Positions 35,841 through 45,100 of a DNA stretch of 64,000 bases are shown piece after piece. The stretch is from Candidatus Methanoperedenaceae archaeon (GTDB lineage Archaea; Halobacteriota; Methanosarcinia; Methanosarcinales; Methanoperedenaceae): contig CAVWCX010000034.1 in NCBI GenBank assembly GCA_963753595.1, positions 32,001 to 96,000 on the forward strand, given 5' to 3'. Positions within the stretch are counted from its first letter, which is position 1. Each line of letters starts with the position of its first letter. The position numbers were made by a program, and so were the translations under genes. Under the pieces are notes generated by a model. The model saw only the letters and a program-made list of their open reading frames with translations. It searched no databases and had not been told where the DNA came from.

Positions 35841-37793
35841 TCAAATTCCCCATCCCATGACTCTGGTTTTTTTCAGCGAAAAAAGCCTGGCCTTTATCAG
35901 GACAATAAAACCCCCGATCATCAAAAAAGTTCCTCCCCAGAGAATATTCACCAGCGGCATGACCTTTGTGGTCAAACTTATCGGAGATTGATTTACCGTA
36001 TCTCCATTAGAATGTACTATTATATCCGTGAATAAGGTCCGATGAATAAGGATTTTATGGAACTGGTCTGATCTCTCATTTTTCGTTAAGAACACAGTTC
36101 CATATCCATGAAGTAATCCGTTTTTATAAAAATTTAGATCCAGTGCCTGTTCCGATCCATTCACATTATTCACGATTTTATTATTGGCTATCTGGACGCT
36201 CCATTCCGGATCTATATTTTGTGGGGTACTTAAATCCTTAAGATCATAATCAAGGATACCACCCCTTCCAAAAGATGTGGACACAATTGCACCAAGTATG
36301 ATAAAAATAAATCCTGCATGGATCAACGCTATGCCGACATTGTTTTGTGAAAACCGATGTTTGATGCGAAAAGACCTGAAAAATATCCCCCCGGCCACAA
36401 GAACTGTCATCGAAACATATGGGATGACAGTCCTTGAACCAATGAATTGCACAAGAAACGAAGATCGTTGATAGAAGTCCGAATCCGGGCTAAGAAGTGT
36501 GGGTGTTCCGGGCAAAAATGAGGTCAATGCTGAGATCATGGCCGCTGCAAGCATTATTCGCAGGAGGCTCTCAGGTTTTGCTACTACCTGGAGCATGCAA
36601 TATCCCGTTAATAAAACCAGCAACAGTATAATGGGAAAACTCCAAAAATTATAGAAGTCTTCCGGCATTGGGACAATTTCACCTGATATATTTTCTGAGA
36701 TAATTGAATTAACTGTGCCCCATAAAGGTATGAATGCCAGCAAACATAGAAAAAGAATGGTAGCGTGAAATGAACTTCGCATCGAACTCAGTGACTCTCT
36801 TCTCTGATTTTGAATATTTCTGTCTGGATCCGATCTATTTAAAACCAGGAATAATATTGCGATAATGGCCAGGAACAAAGCCGCAAGCAAGATCCGCCAC
36901 ACTTCGCTTCCCAGGAAATTGTGTTCCGAGCCGCGCACTCCTTTTCGCGCAAAGAACATTATGAAAATATTGAGAATTAATACGGATGCGGCTAACAGCG
37001 GTGCAGTTGTCCTGTACTCTTTTTCATTTCGCCTGTGTCTTACTATCGCATGCAGGGCGGCGGTCAGGATCAGCCAGGCGGCCAGGGTGCCGGATTGGAT
37101 AGTATCCCATTTCCAGTAACCTTTCCACTCCAGTGTCTCATATGCCCATAATCCTCCTGTCACCATCCCAAGTGATAACATAAGCCAGGATAACCTTCCC
37201 CATGACCTCGCCGTGCCAGCCCACTCTTTTTCCCCCGAGTACAGATAGGCGGCAGCGGCTGCAAACAGGATGATGCTTGAAGCATATGCAATAATTAACA
37301 GCGGTGGATGGATCAGGAACCATGGGCTGATAAATTTTGGGCTTAAACCTATACCAGAAGATGCGTCTCCATTAAATGCTTCAAGAGTGAGTTGAAAAGG
37401 CGAATCGACAAGAGTGATCACTAGCAATAAAAATTCTATACCCAGGGTTATACATAGTGTTATCCCGGAAAATCCATTATCCTCCCTGTTTTTTGCATGG
37501 AATATTAGAATGCACAACAAGGTCGCCCATGCCAATAATAATTGCATCCCCTGTTTTCCGGCCCACATGGCTGCAACTTTATAAAAAATAGGATATTCCC
37601 CGCCATATACATAGACATAATTTATATGAAGTCCTGCTGAAATAAAGTAGTAAACCAGCAGTAAAACTGCCGATGAAATAGAAATAAACGCCAGGCCAAG
37701 CATCCAGGAAAAATATTTTTCATTTTTTCGAAGCATTATAGAAACTGCCAAAGCAAAAAATGATACCAATAAAAATATGTTTCCAATATTCAT
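35841..37793 (-). CDS. ccmF: divergent CcmF heme lyase (copy 2), directly downstream of the multiheme genes
   Basis: WAGKQG, IHPP, GGLWAYETLEWKGYWKWDTIQSG (atypical WWD), SEHNF, IHAG. Confidence 0.85.
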   Translation of the reverse strand: MNIGNIFLLVSFFALAVSIMLRKNEKYFSWMLGLAFISISSAVLLLVYYFISAGLHINYVYVYGGEYPIFYKVAAMWAGKQGMQLLLAWATLLCILIFHAKNREDNGFSGITLCITLGIEFLLLVITLVDSPFQLTLEAFNGDASSGIGLSPKFISPWFLIHPPLLIIAYASSIILFAAAAAYLYSGEKEWAGTARSWGRLSWLMLSLGMVTGGLWAYETLEWKGYWKWDTIQSGTLAAWLILTAALHAIVRHRRNEKEYRTTAPLLAASVLILNIFIMFFARKGVRGSEHNFLGSEVWRILLAALFLAIIAILFLVLNRSDPDRNIQNQRRESLSSMRSSFHATILFLCLLAFIPLWGTVNSIISENISGEIVPMPEDFYNFWSFPIILLLVLLTGYCMLQVVAKPESLLRIMLAAAMISALTSFLPGTPTLLSPDSDFYQRSSFLVQFIGSRTVIPYVSMTVLVAGGIFFRSFRIKHRFSQNNVGIALIHAGFIFIILGAIVSTSFGRGGILDYDLKDLSTPQNIDPEWSVQIANNKIVNNVNGSEQALDLNFYKNGLLHGYGTVFLTKNERSDQFHKILIHRTLFTDIIVHSNGDTVNQSPISLTTKVMPLVNILWGGTFLMIGGFIVLIKARLFSLKKTRVMGWGI

Positions 37794-37795
37794 AA

Positions 37796-40027
37796 CTATC
37801 TAAGTTTCCGATATAGGTAAATCAATGTCAATACTCCAATAATAACAAATACCAGTTCCATATATTCGTATAAAAACCATGAACTCTCTTTTTTTAATAT
37901 AACAAGAGGCGCAGGCTTCACATCCCCCCATCTTCCTTTTGAATCCTGCGCATGTATTGAAACTATATGCGTTCCCTCTTTCAGGCCTGAGGTATCCACC
38001 TGTGCATAAGCCTCCCTCACCTGCCCTCCTGCCAGTTCTTTGCCCAGGGTCAAATTCCTGCCCCTTCCCCCTTCTCCAACCATGTCAATAAAATACTCAA
38101 CATTTGTAATGTTCGCCTCCCAGTCTGAGACCGCAAGGACGCTTAAGGAGATATTCTCGCCTGCATAGTTTTTCAGGGGGAGCATGATTATGTCCTTTAT
38201 ATATGGTTCTGAATTTGATCTCTGGAGAACATGCAGGGCAATAGGAGTATCTCCGCCGTGGCAGAGCGTGCAGTTCTGTGCTGCCCTGTGCATAGGCTGG
38301 GTCAGGTTGGTGGCATTAAACGGAGGCTGGCTGCCATATCTAACATGACAATCAGAGCATTTGTTGATCCTGCTTCCATTGCTTGAGTTAAACACTCCAG
38401 GTGATTGTATCGCTCCCGTGGGGAATTCGCTATAGTGGAATCTCTCAGTTCCAGTGGCGTTATGGCACGAATCGCATGATATGGTTCTTGATTCATTTGC
38501 TTTTGGCCCGGATTTTAAAAAATCTTTATCTTCTCCGGTCAGATTGTGGAACTGGTTTTTATTTTCATTATGGCAAACGCCGCAGGTGAGGGTTTTGTTT
38601 ATCTTTTCTACAACAAATGAGCTATAGTGGGAGGCGTCATAACCCAGATGGCAGGTATTGCATGTAACATTTTGCAGGGTTTGTTTTATATGGGTATTAT
38701 GGCAATCCGTGCAACTGGCAGGGCTGCTGTCCGTTGTCCTGCCCACAGGTCTCTCCCATACCAGAGAAGGCTTATGAAACCTGCTTATCCTTGATGAATC
38801 ATGACAGGTCTGGCAGTTTATTTTCATTCCGATTGCAGTATGTTCGGTCTGGTTACCATGGATAAGCCTTGGGATCTGGACCGCTGGCTTATAGGGATAA
38901 TCTCCTTCGACACCGTGACATCCATAGCAGGATGAAGAATTGCCCTGTGAGATATTCTGATAAAGGATATTTTTAGTAAGAGAAAAGTTGTGCAAAGAAA
39001 AGTTAGAAGTTGTAATGTCACCAGTATTGGTATCAGCACTGACTAAAGTACTGGAAGATGTATGGCATTTTTCACACGTATAACTGGAATTTACTTTGAT
39101 AGTGTTTGCACGTTCCTCAGGCGCGCCAGGATAATGCGTACGAATCTGATCTTTTGCCCCGTATTTTTTTACAGCGTCTGCTGAAGTATGGCATCTGACG
39201 CATGTTTTTTCAGAAGGAACAGTGAGATTTGCGTCATGAAGCGTTCTAAGTGCACCTGAGGCATGGCAATCAGCGCACGACCCATTCTTTGTATGGGAAT
39301 ACACCTGGGTTGCATTGCCCCACACCGTAGCATTGGCACTGTCTTTATGGCAGGATGAACAATCTGTTGAATTGTATATTACCTTCCCGCCGTAATGAGA
39401 TATATTAGCTCTCGTATTATTAACTCCTTTTTTTACAACAGCATTGCTGTGGCAGTTCTCACAGCTCGTTTTGACTGTCAGTTTGTCTCCTGCTTTTGTA
39501 TGACCGCTAATGAGAGGGGCATTGTAAGCAGATCCGAATGAATGACACATTTCACAGGATTTCGGGGACCTGTAGTCTTCGGGATGCCCTGACGGCTTGC
39601 TCCCGTTACCGTGGCATGCCCAACATGCTTTATTAATGGGATCAACTGCCACTGCGTTTTCAGTCCTGTTATTGAGTTTTGCATGAACACTCTTCCTGAA
39701 AGCTTCAACATCGACTTGTTTTGGCGCAACTCCTCCCAGGCGGTGGCAGCCTGCACAATCAGGAGAAAAAGTTCCATTCATCAGGGCAGGTTCATGAAAT
39801 GTTCCCGGAACACCACCGACAAGGACATCCTGGCCTGTACTTAATTCAGAACCTGTGTAATTACCGATAGTCTCATTGTAACCGATGATCACTGTCTCGT
39901 TTGATATCTGGCGCACATCTTCGATGACAATAACTACATCAGGAGCTGAACTATCAGCGGCTGTTGAAATATTAATAACAACGATTAAAATGGCGGCCAA
40001 GAGTAGGGATTTCAGGTCTGTTTTCAT
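37796..40027 (-). CDS. 16-heme multiheme cytochrome c with Ig-like domain and C-terminal TM anchor
   Basis: Signal peptide MKTDLKSLLLAAILIVVINISTA; 16 CxxCH counted; NVEYFID...GTHIVSIHAQDSKGRW; TM followed by RKLR. Confidence 0.93.
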   Translation of the reverse strand: MKTDLKSLLLAAILIVVINISTAADSSAPDVVIVIEDVRQISNETVIIGYNETIGNYTGSELSTGQDVLVGGVPGTFHEPALMNGTFSPDCAGCHRLGGVAPKQVDVEAFRKSVHAKLNNRTENAVAVDPINKACWACHGNGSKPSGHPEDYRSPKSCEMCHSFGSAYNAPLISGHTKAGDKLTVKTSCENCHSNAVVKKGVNNTRANISHYGGKVIYNSTDCSSCHKDSANATVWGNATQVYSHTKNGSCADCHASGALRTLHDANLTVPSEKTCVRCHTSADAVKKYGAKDQIRTHYPGAPEERANTIKVNSSYTCEKCHTSSSTLVSADTNTGDITTSNFSLHNFSLTKNILYQNISQGNSSSCYGCHGVEGDYPYKPAVQIPRLIHGNQTEHTAIGMKINCQTCHDSSRISRFHKPSLVWERPVGRTTDSSPASCTDCHNTHIKQTLQNVTCNTCHLGYDASHYSSFVVEKINKTLTCGVCHNENKNQFHNLTGEDKDFLKSGPKANESRTISCDSCHNATGTERFHYSEFPTGAIQSPGVFNSSNGSRINKCSDCHVRYGSQPPFNATNLTQPMHRAAQNCTLCHGGDTPIALHVLQRSNSEPYIKDIIMLPLKNYAGENISLSVLAVSDWEANITNVEYFIDMVGEGGRGRNLTLGKELAGGQVREAYAQVDTSGLKEGTHIVSIHAQDSKGRWGDVKPAPLVILKKESSWFLYEYMELVFVIIGVLTLIYLYRKLR

Positions 40028-40034
40028 CCTCAAC

Positions 40035-43000
40035 TCATCCTTTTACAAATATGTTCGCGATTTTCAGGCGCAAAATCGTGATATCCTTATCATTCAATGT
40101 AGTGTTGTATGTGAAGTATTCCCCTTCGGTTACAAATTCCTCTTTGACTTTTATATTGTCCTTTGTAAGAACTAACCATACATTCTTATTATCTGGACTG
40201 AAATCCTTCATATAAAGTTCATAACCGTTTCCCATGTTCCAGGAATTATTTGAATAAAGCATTTTTTTATCCGCGGTATCAAAATCAATATCTATCGGAC
40301 TTAATGTTACATTCTGTTCATCCTTTTTGAGTACGGAATATTTCTGTCCGTCAGGCCAGTCAGCCCTGTATTCTTTGACATGGCAGGCATAGCACTGCAC
40401 ACTGGTCGTTTCAGTATGTATATGCGTTGGCACATACCCTTTGAATGTTATTAAGCTGACCATACCACCGTAGAAAATTTCAGGTATCTGCATATCTATA
40501 ATGGTTTTATTTTCTCCTTCCTGCACCAACCTGTTTTCATATTTGAAGCCGCCCCCTTCCGTAACCAGCTCATCTTTTATTAATAGCCCATTATAATATA
40601 ATTCTACCCATATGGATTTTCCTTCTTTATCTATATCCGCGATAGATATACTGTAGTTTTCGTTAATTCGCCAGGTATCATCTGAAACAAGCTTTTTTTC
40701 GATGCTCGATAGACGTATTGTTTCCCTTGGGTCAGGCGGATTGCCCCATTTTTGGCTTGTTCTTTCGTTCTGGTGGCAGCTTATACAGTCCTTTGTATCT
40801 ATTGTCGGATATTTTGCAAAATGAGATACGCTGGAATTTACGGTTTTACCAGAATAAAGGACATCATTAATATGGCAGGTAGTGCAGGCAGGTGTTCTTA
40901 TCTGGCTGCTTCCCGGACTATGTGAAGAAATGTGCCCTCGCTTTATTTTCCCGGTCAGGTTAAGCTCACCCTCGATGTGGCATGATGAACAGGTGTTCGG
41001 AGGCTTCCCAATATCAGGATGGTCATTCGGTGCCGTTATAATATTTGAATGGCACGCCCAGCACGCCCTATCCAGTTCAGACCTGGCACCGTTTAAGTTT
41101 GCGTGCAGGCTCTTATTGATAGTTGACTCGCTTACTTTATTTGAGGCAAAGCCATCCGTTCCATGGCACTTTACGCAATTCGATAATGTATAACCCGTCA
41201 TGTTAACAATGGTGGAATTATGGAGCCTGCCTGTGCTGTGGCACGAAGAGCAGCTCAGACCACCATTATGGGTTATATTAGTTCTTGAAATTTTATTGAA
41301 TACATCCGAGAATTCAGAGGCAGGGTTCTGGTGGCAGTATGAGCAATTGGTACTGGTTTTATTTAAATCCAGCATATCAGTCCTGTTCTTGCCATAGTGA
41401 GAAATAGTTGAATTTACAGTGCTGGCATTGAAATTTATCATCTGCGATTTTCTATGGCATAGCTGGCATGTTGCATTTACGGTGATGTTAACAGCATGGG
41501 TCGTATGTTCCGTCGCCTCAGGCGAACTGAAGAGTACAGTATTGTTGACATGGCATGTACTACAGGTATTTGCAGGTTCGGATAGGCCTGGATGCGTATC
41601 AGGCGCTTCACTGGAATTGGAGTGGCATGCCCAGCAGGCCTGATTGAGATTAGAGCTGGAACTCGCATTATTCAGGTTTGCATGGATGCTCAGGTTCATC
41701 ACGGTTTCATTTATTTTCTTCGGAGCAAAGCCGCCGGTGCCGTGGCACTGCACGCAATTCGATAAACTATATCCCTGCATATTCGCAATGGTGGAATTAT
41801 GAAGCCTGCCTGTTCCATGACAAGAAGAGCAGCTCAGGCCGCCATTATGGATGATGTTAGTCCTTGATGTTTTGTTGAAAACATCCGAGAATTCAGAATC
41901 AGGATCCTGGTGGCAATATGAACAGTTTGTATTTGTTTTATTTAGATCAATCATGTCTGTTCTTTTCTTGCCATAGTGAGAAATTGTTGAATTCAGAGTA
42001 CTCCCGTTGAGGTTTATCATCTGCGATTTGCCATGGCATAGCTGGCATGAGGCGTTCACAGAGATATTAGTTGCATGGAGTGTATGCTCTGTAGCTAATG
42101 GAGATTTGATTTTTCCAGAATCGTTCACGTGGCAGGAAGCACATGTGAGCGCAGGCTTATGCATGGGATGTTTTTTCGGTGGTGTTGTTGAATTGGAATG
42201 ACATGCCCAGCATGCACGATTGAGGTTTGAGCTTGAATCATTTATATTAGAATGTATGCTCTGGTTCATGATATCCTGATTTATTTTCGGAAAGAGCCCT
42301 CCCATCATTTCTTCACCCAATGCCTTACTATTGGTTCCGTGGCATCTCAGACAGTTTGATATTACTCCCATACCCATGCCGCCTGTCCCTGAAAGAGATG
42401 AAATTGCAAATAGAGATAACGACTCTACGTAGTTAATCAAATTATTTTCTTTTGAATCAACCTCAGTTGGCAAAGTCACCCATGTTGAATTAGTATAATG
42501 AATGATCGAAAGGTTGCTCTCGTTTACTTTTGTAAATTCTGCGTCATTATAAGTCACTTTAATATTTACACCACTGTAAGAATAGTTCCTGGCGGATATG
42601 CTGAAAAATTTAACAGGGCTCCCTGGCGGTGATGAGTCGGGCATGTCGTTACTGTTCACCTCAAGAGTTAATTCCGTTTTTTCTCTTCCAATAAAAGAAA
42701 CAGATATGGTTTCATCTCCCATTTCTTCGCAATCGTGCGATTTCACTGTCTGGACAGTAGCATTATGGATATGTTCTGAGTTATTTTCAGAATGGGAACT
42801 GATTGCAAATAAAGACAGAGACCTGGCAGATGCATTCAATATGTTTTCTTCCTCATTTACATCCGTAGGCAGCATGGTCCACGTGGAATTTTCATAAATG
42901 AAAAGACGCAGGTCTTTCTCATTGATCCCATTTAAGTCCATTTCACAGTACGCTGCACTGATAGAGATGGATTCAAAAGATAGGTTTTGGGCACCCGGTC

Positions 43001-43325
43001 TGAAAAACCTGGCATGCAAACCATGCGGATGAACATCTACTGGATTATTTTTCTCAAAGTCCTCAATATTTACCGTTACATCTTGGGTACCGTTCTGTAT
43101 AATGGCAGCTGTAATGGTCAGGTTCGCATGAGCGTGCTCCGTTGAATTAGTAGAGTTTTCAGTCGAATTAGAATGGGTATGGTTCGATCGGTCCGCAGAT
43201 TGCTCATTAATTGATGAATCGTAAGAAGAAGTGTTCGCAGCATTTACCACCGATGGAATAAACAGCAGACCCAATAGTATAATACCTGCAACCTGAGTTG
43301 CATGAAAATTATTGTTTCTGTTCAT
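40035..43325 (-). CDS. 18-heme multiheme cytochrome c with two PGF-pre-PGF-like domains and C-terminal S-layer domains
   Basis: Signal peptide; 18 CxxCH counted; hexaheme repeats; Methanosarcina-like S-layer segments YSISIADIDKEGKSIWVELYYNG and YELYMKDFSPDNKNVWLVLTKD; no C-terminal TM. Confidence 0.93.
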   Translation of the reverse strand: MNRNNNFHATQVAGIILLGLLFIPSVVNAANTSSYDSSINEQSADRSNHTHSNSTENSTNSTEHAHANLTITAAIIQNGTQDVTVNIEDFEKNNPVDVHPHGLHARFFRPGAQNLSFESISISAAYCEMDLNGINEKDLRLFIYENSTWTMLPTDVNEEENILNASARSLSLFAISSHSENNSEHIHNATVQTVKSHDCEEMGDETISVSFIGREKTELTLEVNSNDMPDSSPPGSPVKFFSISARNYSYSGVNIKVTYNDAEFTKVNESNLSIIHYTNSTWVTLPTEVDSKENNLINYVESLSLFAISSLSGTGGMGMGVISNCLRCHGTNSKALGEEMMGGLFPKINQDIMNQSIHSNINDSSSNLNRACWACHSNSTTPPKKHPMHKPALTCASCHVNDSGKIKSPLATEHTLHATNISVNASCQLCHGKSQMINLNGSTLNSTISHYGKKRTDMIDLNKTNTNCSYCHQDPDSEFSDVFNKTSRTNIIHNGGLSCSSCHGTGRLHNSTIANMQGYSLSNCVQCHGTGGFAPKKINETVMNLSIHANLNNASSSSNLNQACWACHSNSSEAPDTHPGLSEPANTCSTCHVNNTVLFSSPEATEHTTHAVNITVNATCQLCHRKSQMINFNASTVNSTISHYGKNRTDMLDLNKTSTNCSYCHQNPASEFSDVFNKISRTNITHNGGLSCSSCHSTGRLHNSTIVNMTGYTLSNCVKCHGTDGFASNKVSESTINKSLHANLNGARSELDRACWACHSNIITAPNDHPDIGKPPNTCSSCHIEGELNLTGKIKRGHISSHSPGSSQIRTPACTTCHINDVLYSGKTVNSSVSHFAKYPTIDTKDCISCHQNERTSQKWGNPPDPRETIRLSSIEKKLVSDDTWRINENYSISIADIDKEGKSIWVELYYNGLLIKDELVTEGGGFKYENRLVQEGENKTIIDMQIPEIFYGGMVSLITFKGYVPTHIHTETTSVQCYACHVKEYRADWPDGQKYSVLKKDEQNVTLSPIDIDFDTADKKMLYSNNSWNMGNGYELYMKDFSPDNKNVWLVLTKDNIKVKEEFVTEGEYFTYNTTLNDKDITILRLKIANIFVKG

Positions 43326-43356
43326 TATCCTCTACTTTCACACGCATAAAATTTTC

Positions 43357-43377
43357 AGTTTACAAGACATGTAAACT
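43357..43377. promoter_or_regulatory. TTTAC-N7-GTAAA operator, copy 5 (AGTTTAC-aagacat-GTAAACT)
   Basis: 7-bp arms in the divergent promoter between the multiheme operon and the peptide/rSAM cassette. Confidence 0.82.
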
Positions 43378-43512
43378 AAATCTATTAAGACCTTGTTTAT
43401 TTAAGCAGATTGTGGTTAATGCAAATATAGAAAATCACCAATATTTTTTTAAGAATTTTAACCAAAAGCCAGATAAAGAATCAAAGGAATCTATATGAAA
43501 GAGGTGAAAACA

Positions 43513-43578
43513 TTGAAGATCAGAAAGATAAAGAAAATCGCCAAGGGAACATGTAAATGTCACTCTTCCTGCGCTTAA
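43513..43578 (+). CDS. 21-aa basic Cys-rich peptide, candidate RiPP precursor (not in ORF track)
   Basis: MKIRKIKKIAKGTCKCHSSCA; GAGGTG at 43501 then TTG (in-frame ATG at 43495 is an alternative start). Confidence 0.7.
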   Translation: MKIRKIKKIAKGTCKCHSSCA

Positions 43579-43599
43579 TCAGACTGAATTGGTTAATCA

Positions 43600-43764
43600 A
43601 TGACAAACAAAGAAATAAATCCTTATGTAAGCCTTATCTGCACCCACTGCGAATTCTTCAAGGAAGATGATTTCGAGCTTGAATGTGCAGCATTCAAAGT
43701 ATTAAAAACCATGCTTCAGGAAGGCAGGATAAAACCAGCTGAGATAAAAGATGTCTTCAGGTAA
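43600..43764 (+). CDS. 54-aa CxxC...C accessory protein (not in ORF track)
   Basis: MTNKEINPYVSLICTHCEFFKEDDFELECAAFKVLKTMLQEGRIKPAEIKDVFR; overlaps the rSAM start. Confidence 0.7.
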   Translation: MTNKEINPYVSLICTHCEFFKEDDFELECAAFKVLKTMLQEGRIKPAEIKDVFR

Positions 43765-44923
43765 ATATCACGTGCTTGCGCCGGGCTATATCCTGCGCGA
43801 GCTTGAATCCCCTGTTGTATATAATATCATTAAAGACGAGTTGTACGAACTTGACGAGGAGGCGTTTCATTTTTTAAAAAAATGTAATGGAGGGAATCCT
43901 TTCCCGGATCTGCTCTTGAATGGCAAAAGCGATGAAAATATTGATTTCATGCAGGATGAAGGGATCATCCGGTTGGCAGAAGGAAAGGAGATAAGAAAAA
44001 TTAAAACTCACAGATCACCGATCCCTTCACTACGTTATCTTCTTTTAAATATTACGAATATATGCAATCTCGCCTGTAAGCATTGCTATCTCCAGTATCC
44101 AGGAAAACTTGAGATAGATCTTGATGTTTTTGAAAAAGCGGTATCGCAATTTGAAGAAATTGGCGGTTTAAAACTCATGATCTCTGGTGGTGAACCGCTG
44201 GTCCATTCAAGATTCTGGGAACTTATGGAGATACTTCCATCGTATGAATTAAGAGTGGTTGTCCTGTCAAACGGAACCCTGATAGACAGGAACACTTCAA
44301 GAAAATTATCCGATTATGTTCATGAAGTGCAGGTCAGTATCGACGGTATCTATTCTCATGATTTACTGCGAGGAAAAGGTTCGTATGCAAAGTCAATGAA
44401 AGGTATTTCCAACTTAAATGAATACGGGATACCCATTTCGATCGCTACCATGGTACATAAATTCAATACAGGTGAATTTGAGGAGATGGAAAAGCTTTTT
44501 TCAAAGACAGGAGCAATTTCATGGAGCGTTGATGTTCCATGTATCGTGGGTTCACTTTGTGAAAACAAGGATTTTGTTCTTGATTTGAAAGAAGCCGCCA
44601 ATTTTTTGGAATACGGTTTTGGTGCCGGATCACATGAAAGCACTGGTGATCATACCTGCGGTTCTCACTTATGTTCGGTATCGCCCGATGGTTCAGTCAG
44701 TAAATGCGGATTTTTTGAAAATGAACCTGCAGGGACTGTTAATGATCTTCGGTCTGCATGGAAAAACATTTGCATGTCCTACTTATGGAAACTTGATGAA
44801 CTTGAATGCAAGGATTGCGCTGTACTTTCCGAATGTAAAGGCGGATGCAGGTTCAGGGCAAAGCAATACAAAGGAATACTTGCGCCTGACCCTTTGATGT
44901 GCCAGGTTAATTTACATTTGTAA
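43751..44923 (+). CDS. radical SAM/SPASM protein with N-terminal PqqD/RRE-like domain
   Basis: CNLACKHC, SGGEP, SNG, VSIDG; C-terminal CGSHLC...DG.V.KC...CKDC.....CKGGCR...DPLMC; ~85-aa N-terminal extension. Confidence 0.9.
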   Translation: MSSGKYHVLAPGYILRELESPVVYNIIKDELYELDEEAFHFLKKCNGGNPFPDLLLNGKSDENIDFMQDEGIIRLAEGKEIRKIKTHRSPIPSLRYLLLNITNICNLACKHCYLQYPGKLEIDLDVFEKAVSQFEEIGGLKLMISGGEPLVHSRFWELMEILPSYELRVVVLSNGTLIDRNTSRKLSDYVHEVQVSIDGIYSHDLLRGKGSYAKSMKGISNLNEYGIPISIATMVHKFNTGEFEEMEKLFSKTGAISWSVDVPCIVGSLCENKDFVLDLKEAANFLEYGFGAGSHESTGDHTCGSHLCSVSPDGSVSKCGFFENEPAGTVNDLRSAWKNICMSYLWKLDELECKDCAVLSECKGGCRFRAKQYKGILAPDPLMCQVNLHL

Positions 44924-44969
44924 ACCAAAAGCTAACTGAAAAAATAATTGACATTACGCATAATATGGA

Positions 44970-44996
44970 TATACTTTACATACACCGTAAAGTATA
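44970..44996. promoter_or_regulatory. TTTAC-N7-GTAAA operator, copy 6 (TATACTTTAC-atacacc-GTAAAGTATA)
   Basis: 10-bp perfect arms, about 105 bp upstream of the thioredoxin-ccmF pair. Confidence 0.85.
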
Positions 44997-45100
44997 TGGT
45001 GGAACAGAAGAAATACACCTTATAAATAAATCTTTAACAAAGGAAAACGCAAGATAAAAACATATCTACCAATATCGATTAAACTAATAGGAAAAACCTT

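Noticed and set aside
40035-40037. TGA as selenocysteine/readthrough fusing the two multiheme genes
   Set aside because: The downstream ORF is in a different frame and has its own signal peptide.
43751-44923. AhbC/AhbD/NirJ heme-biosynthesis enzyme
   Set aside because: Tempting from context, but the N-terminal RRE-like extension and adjacent peptide fit a peptide maturase better; not fully excluded without phylogeny.
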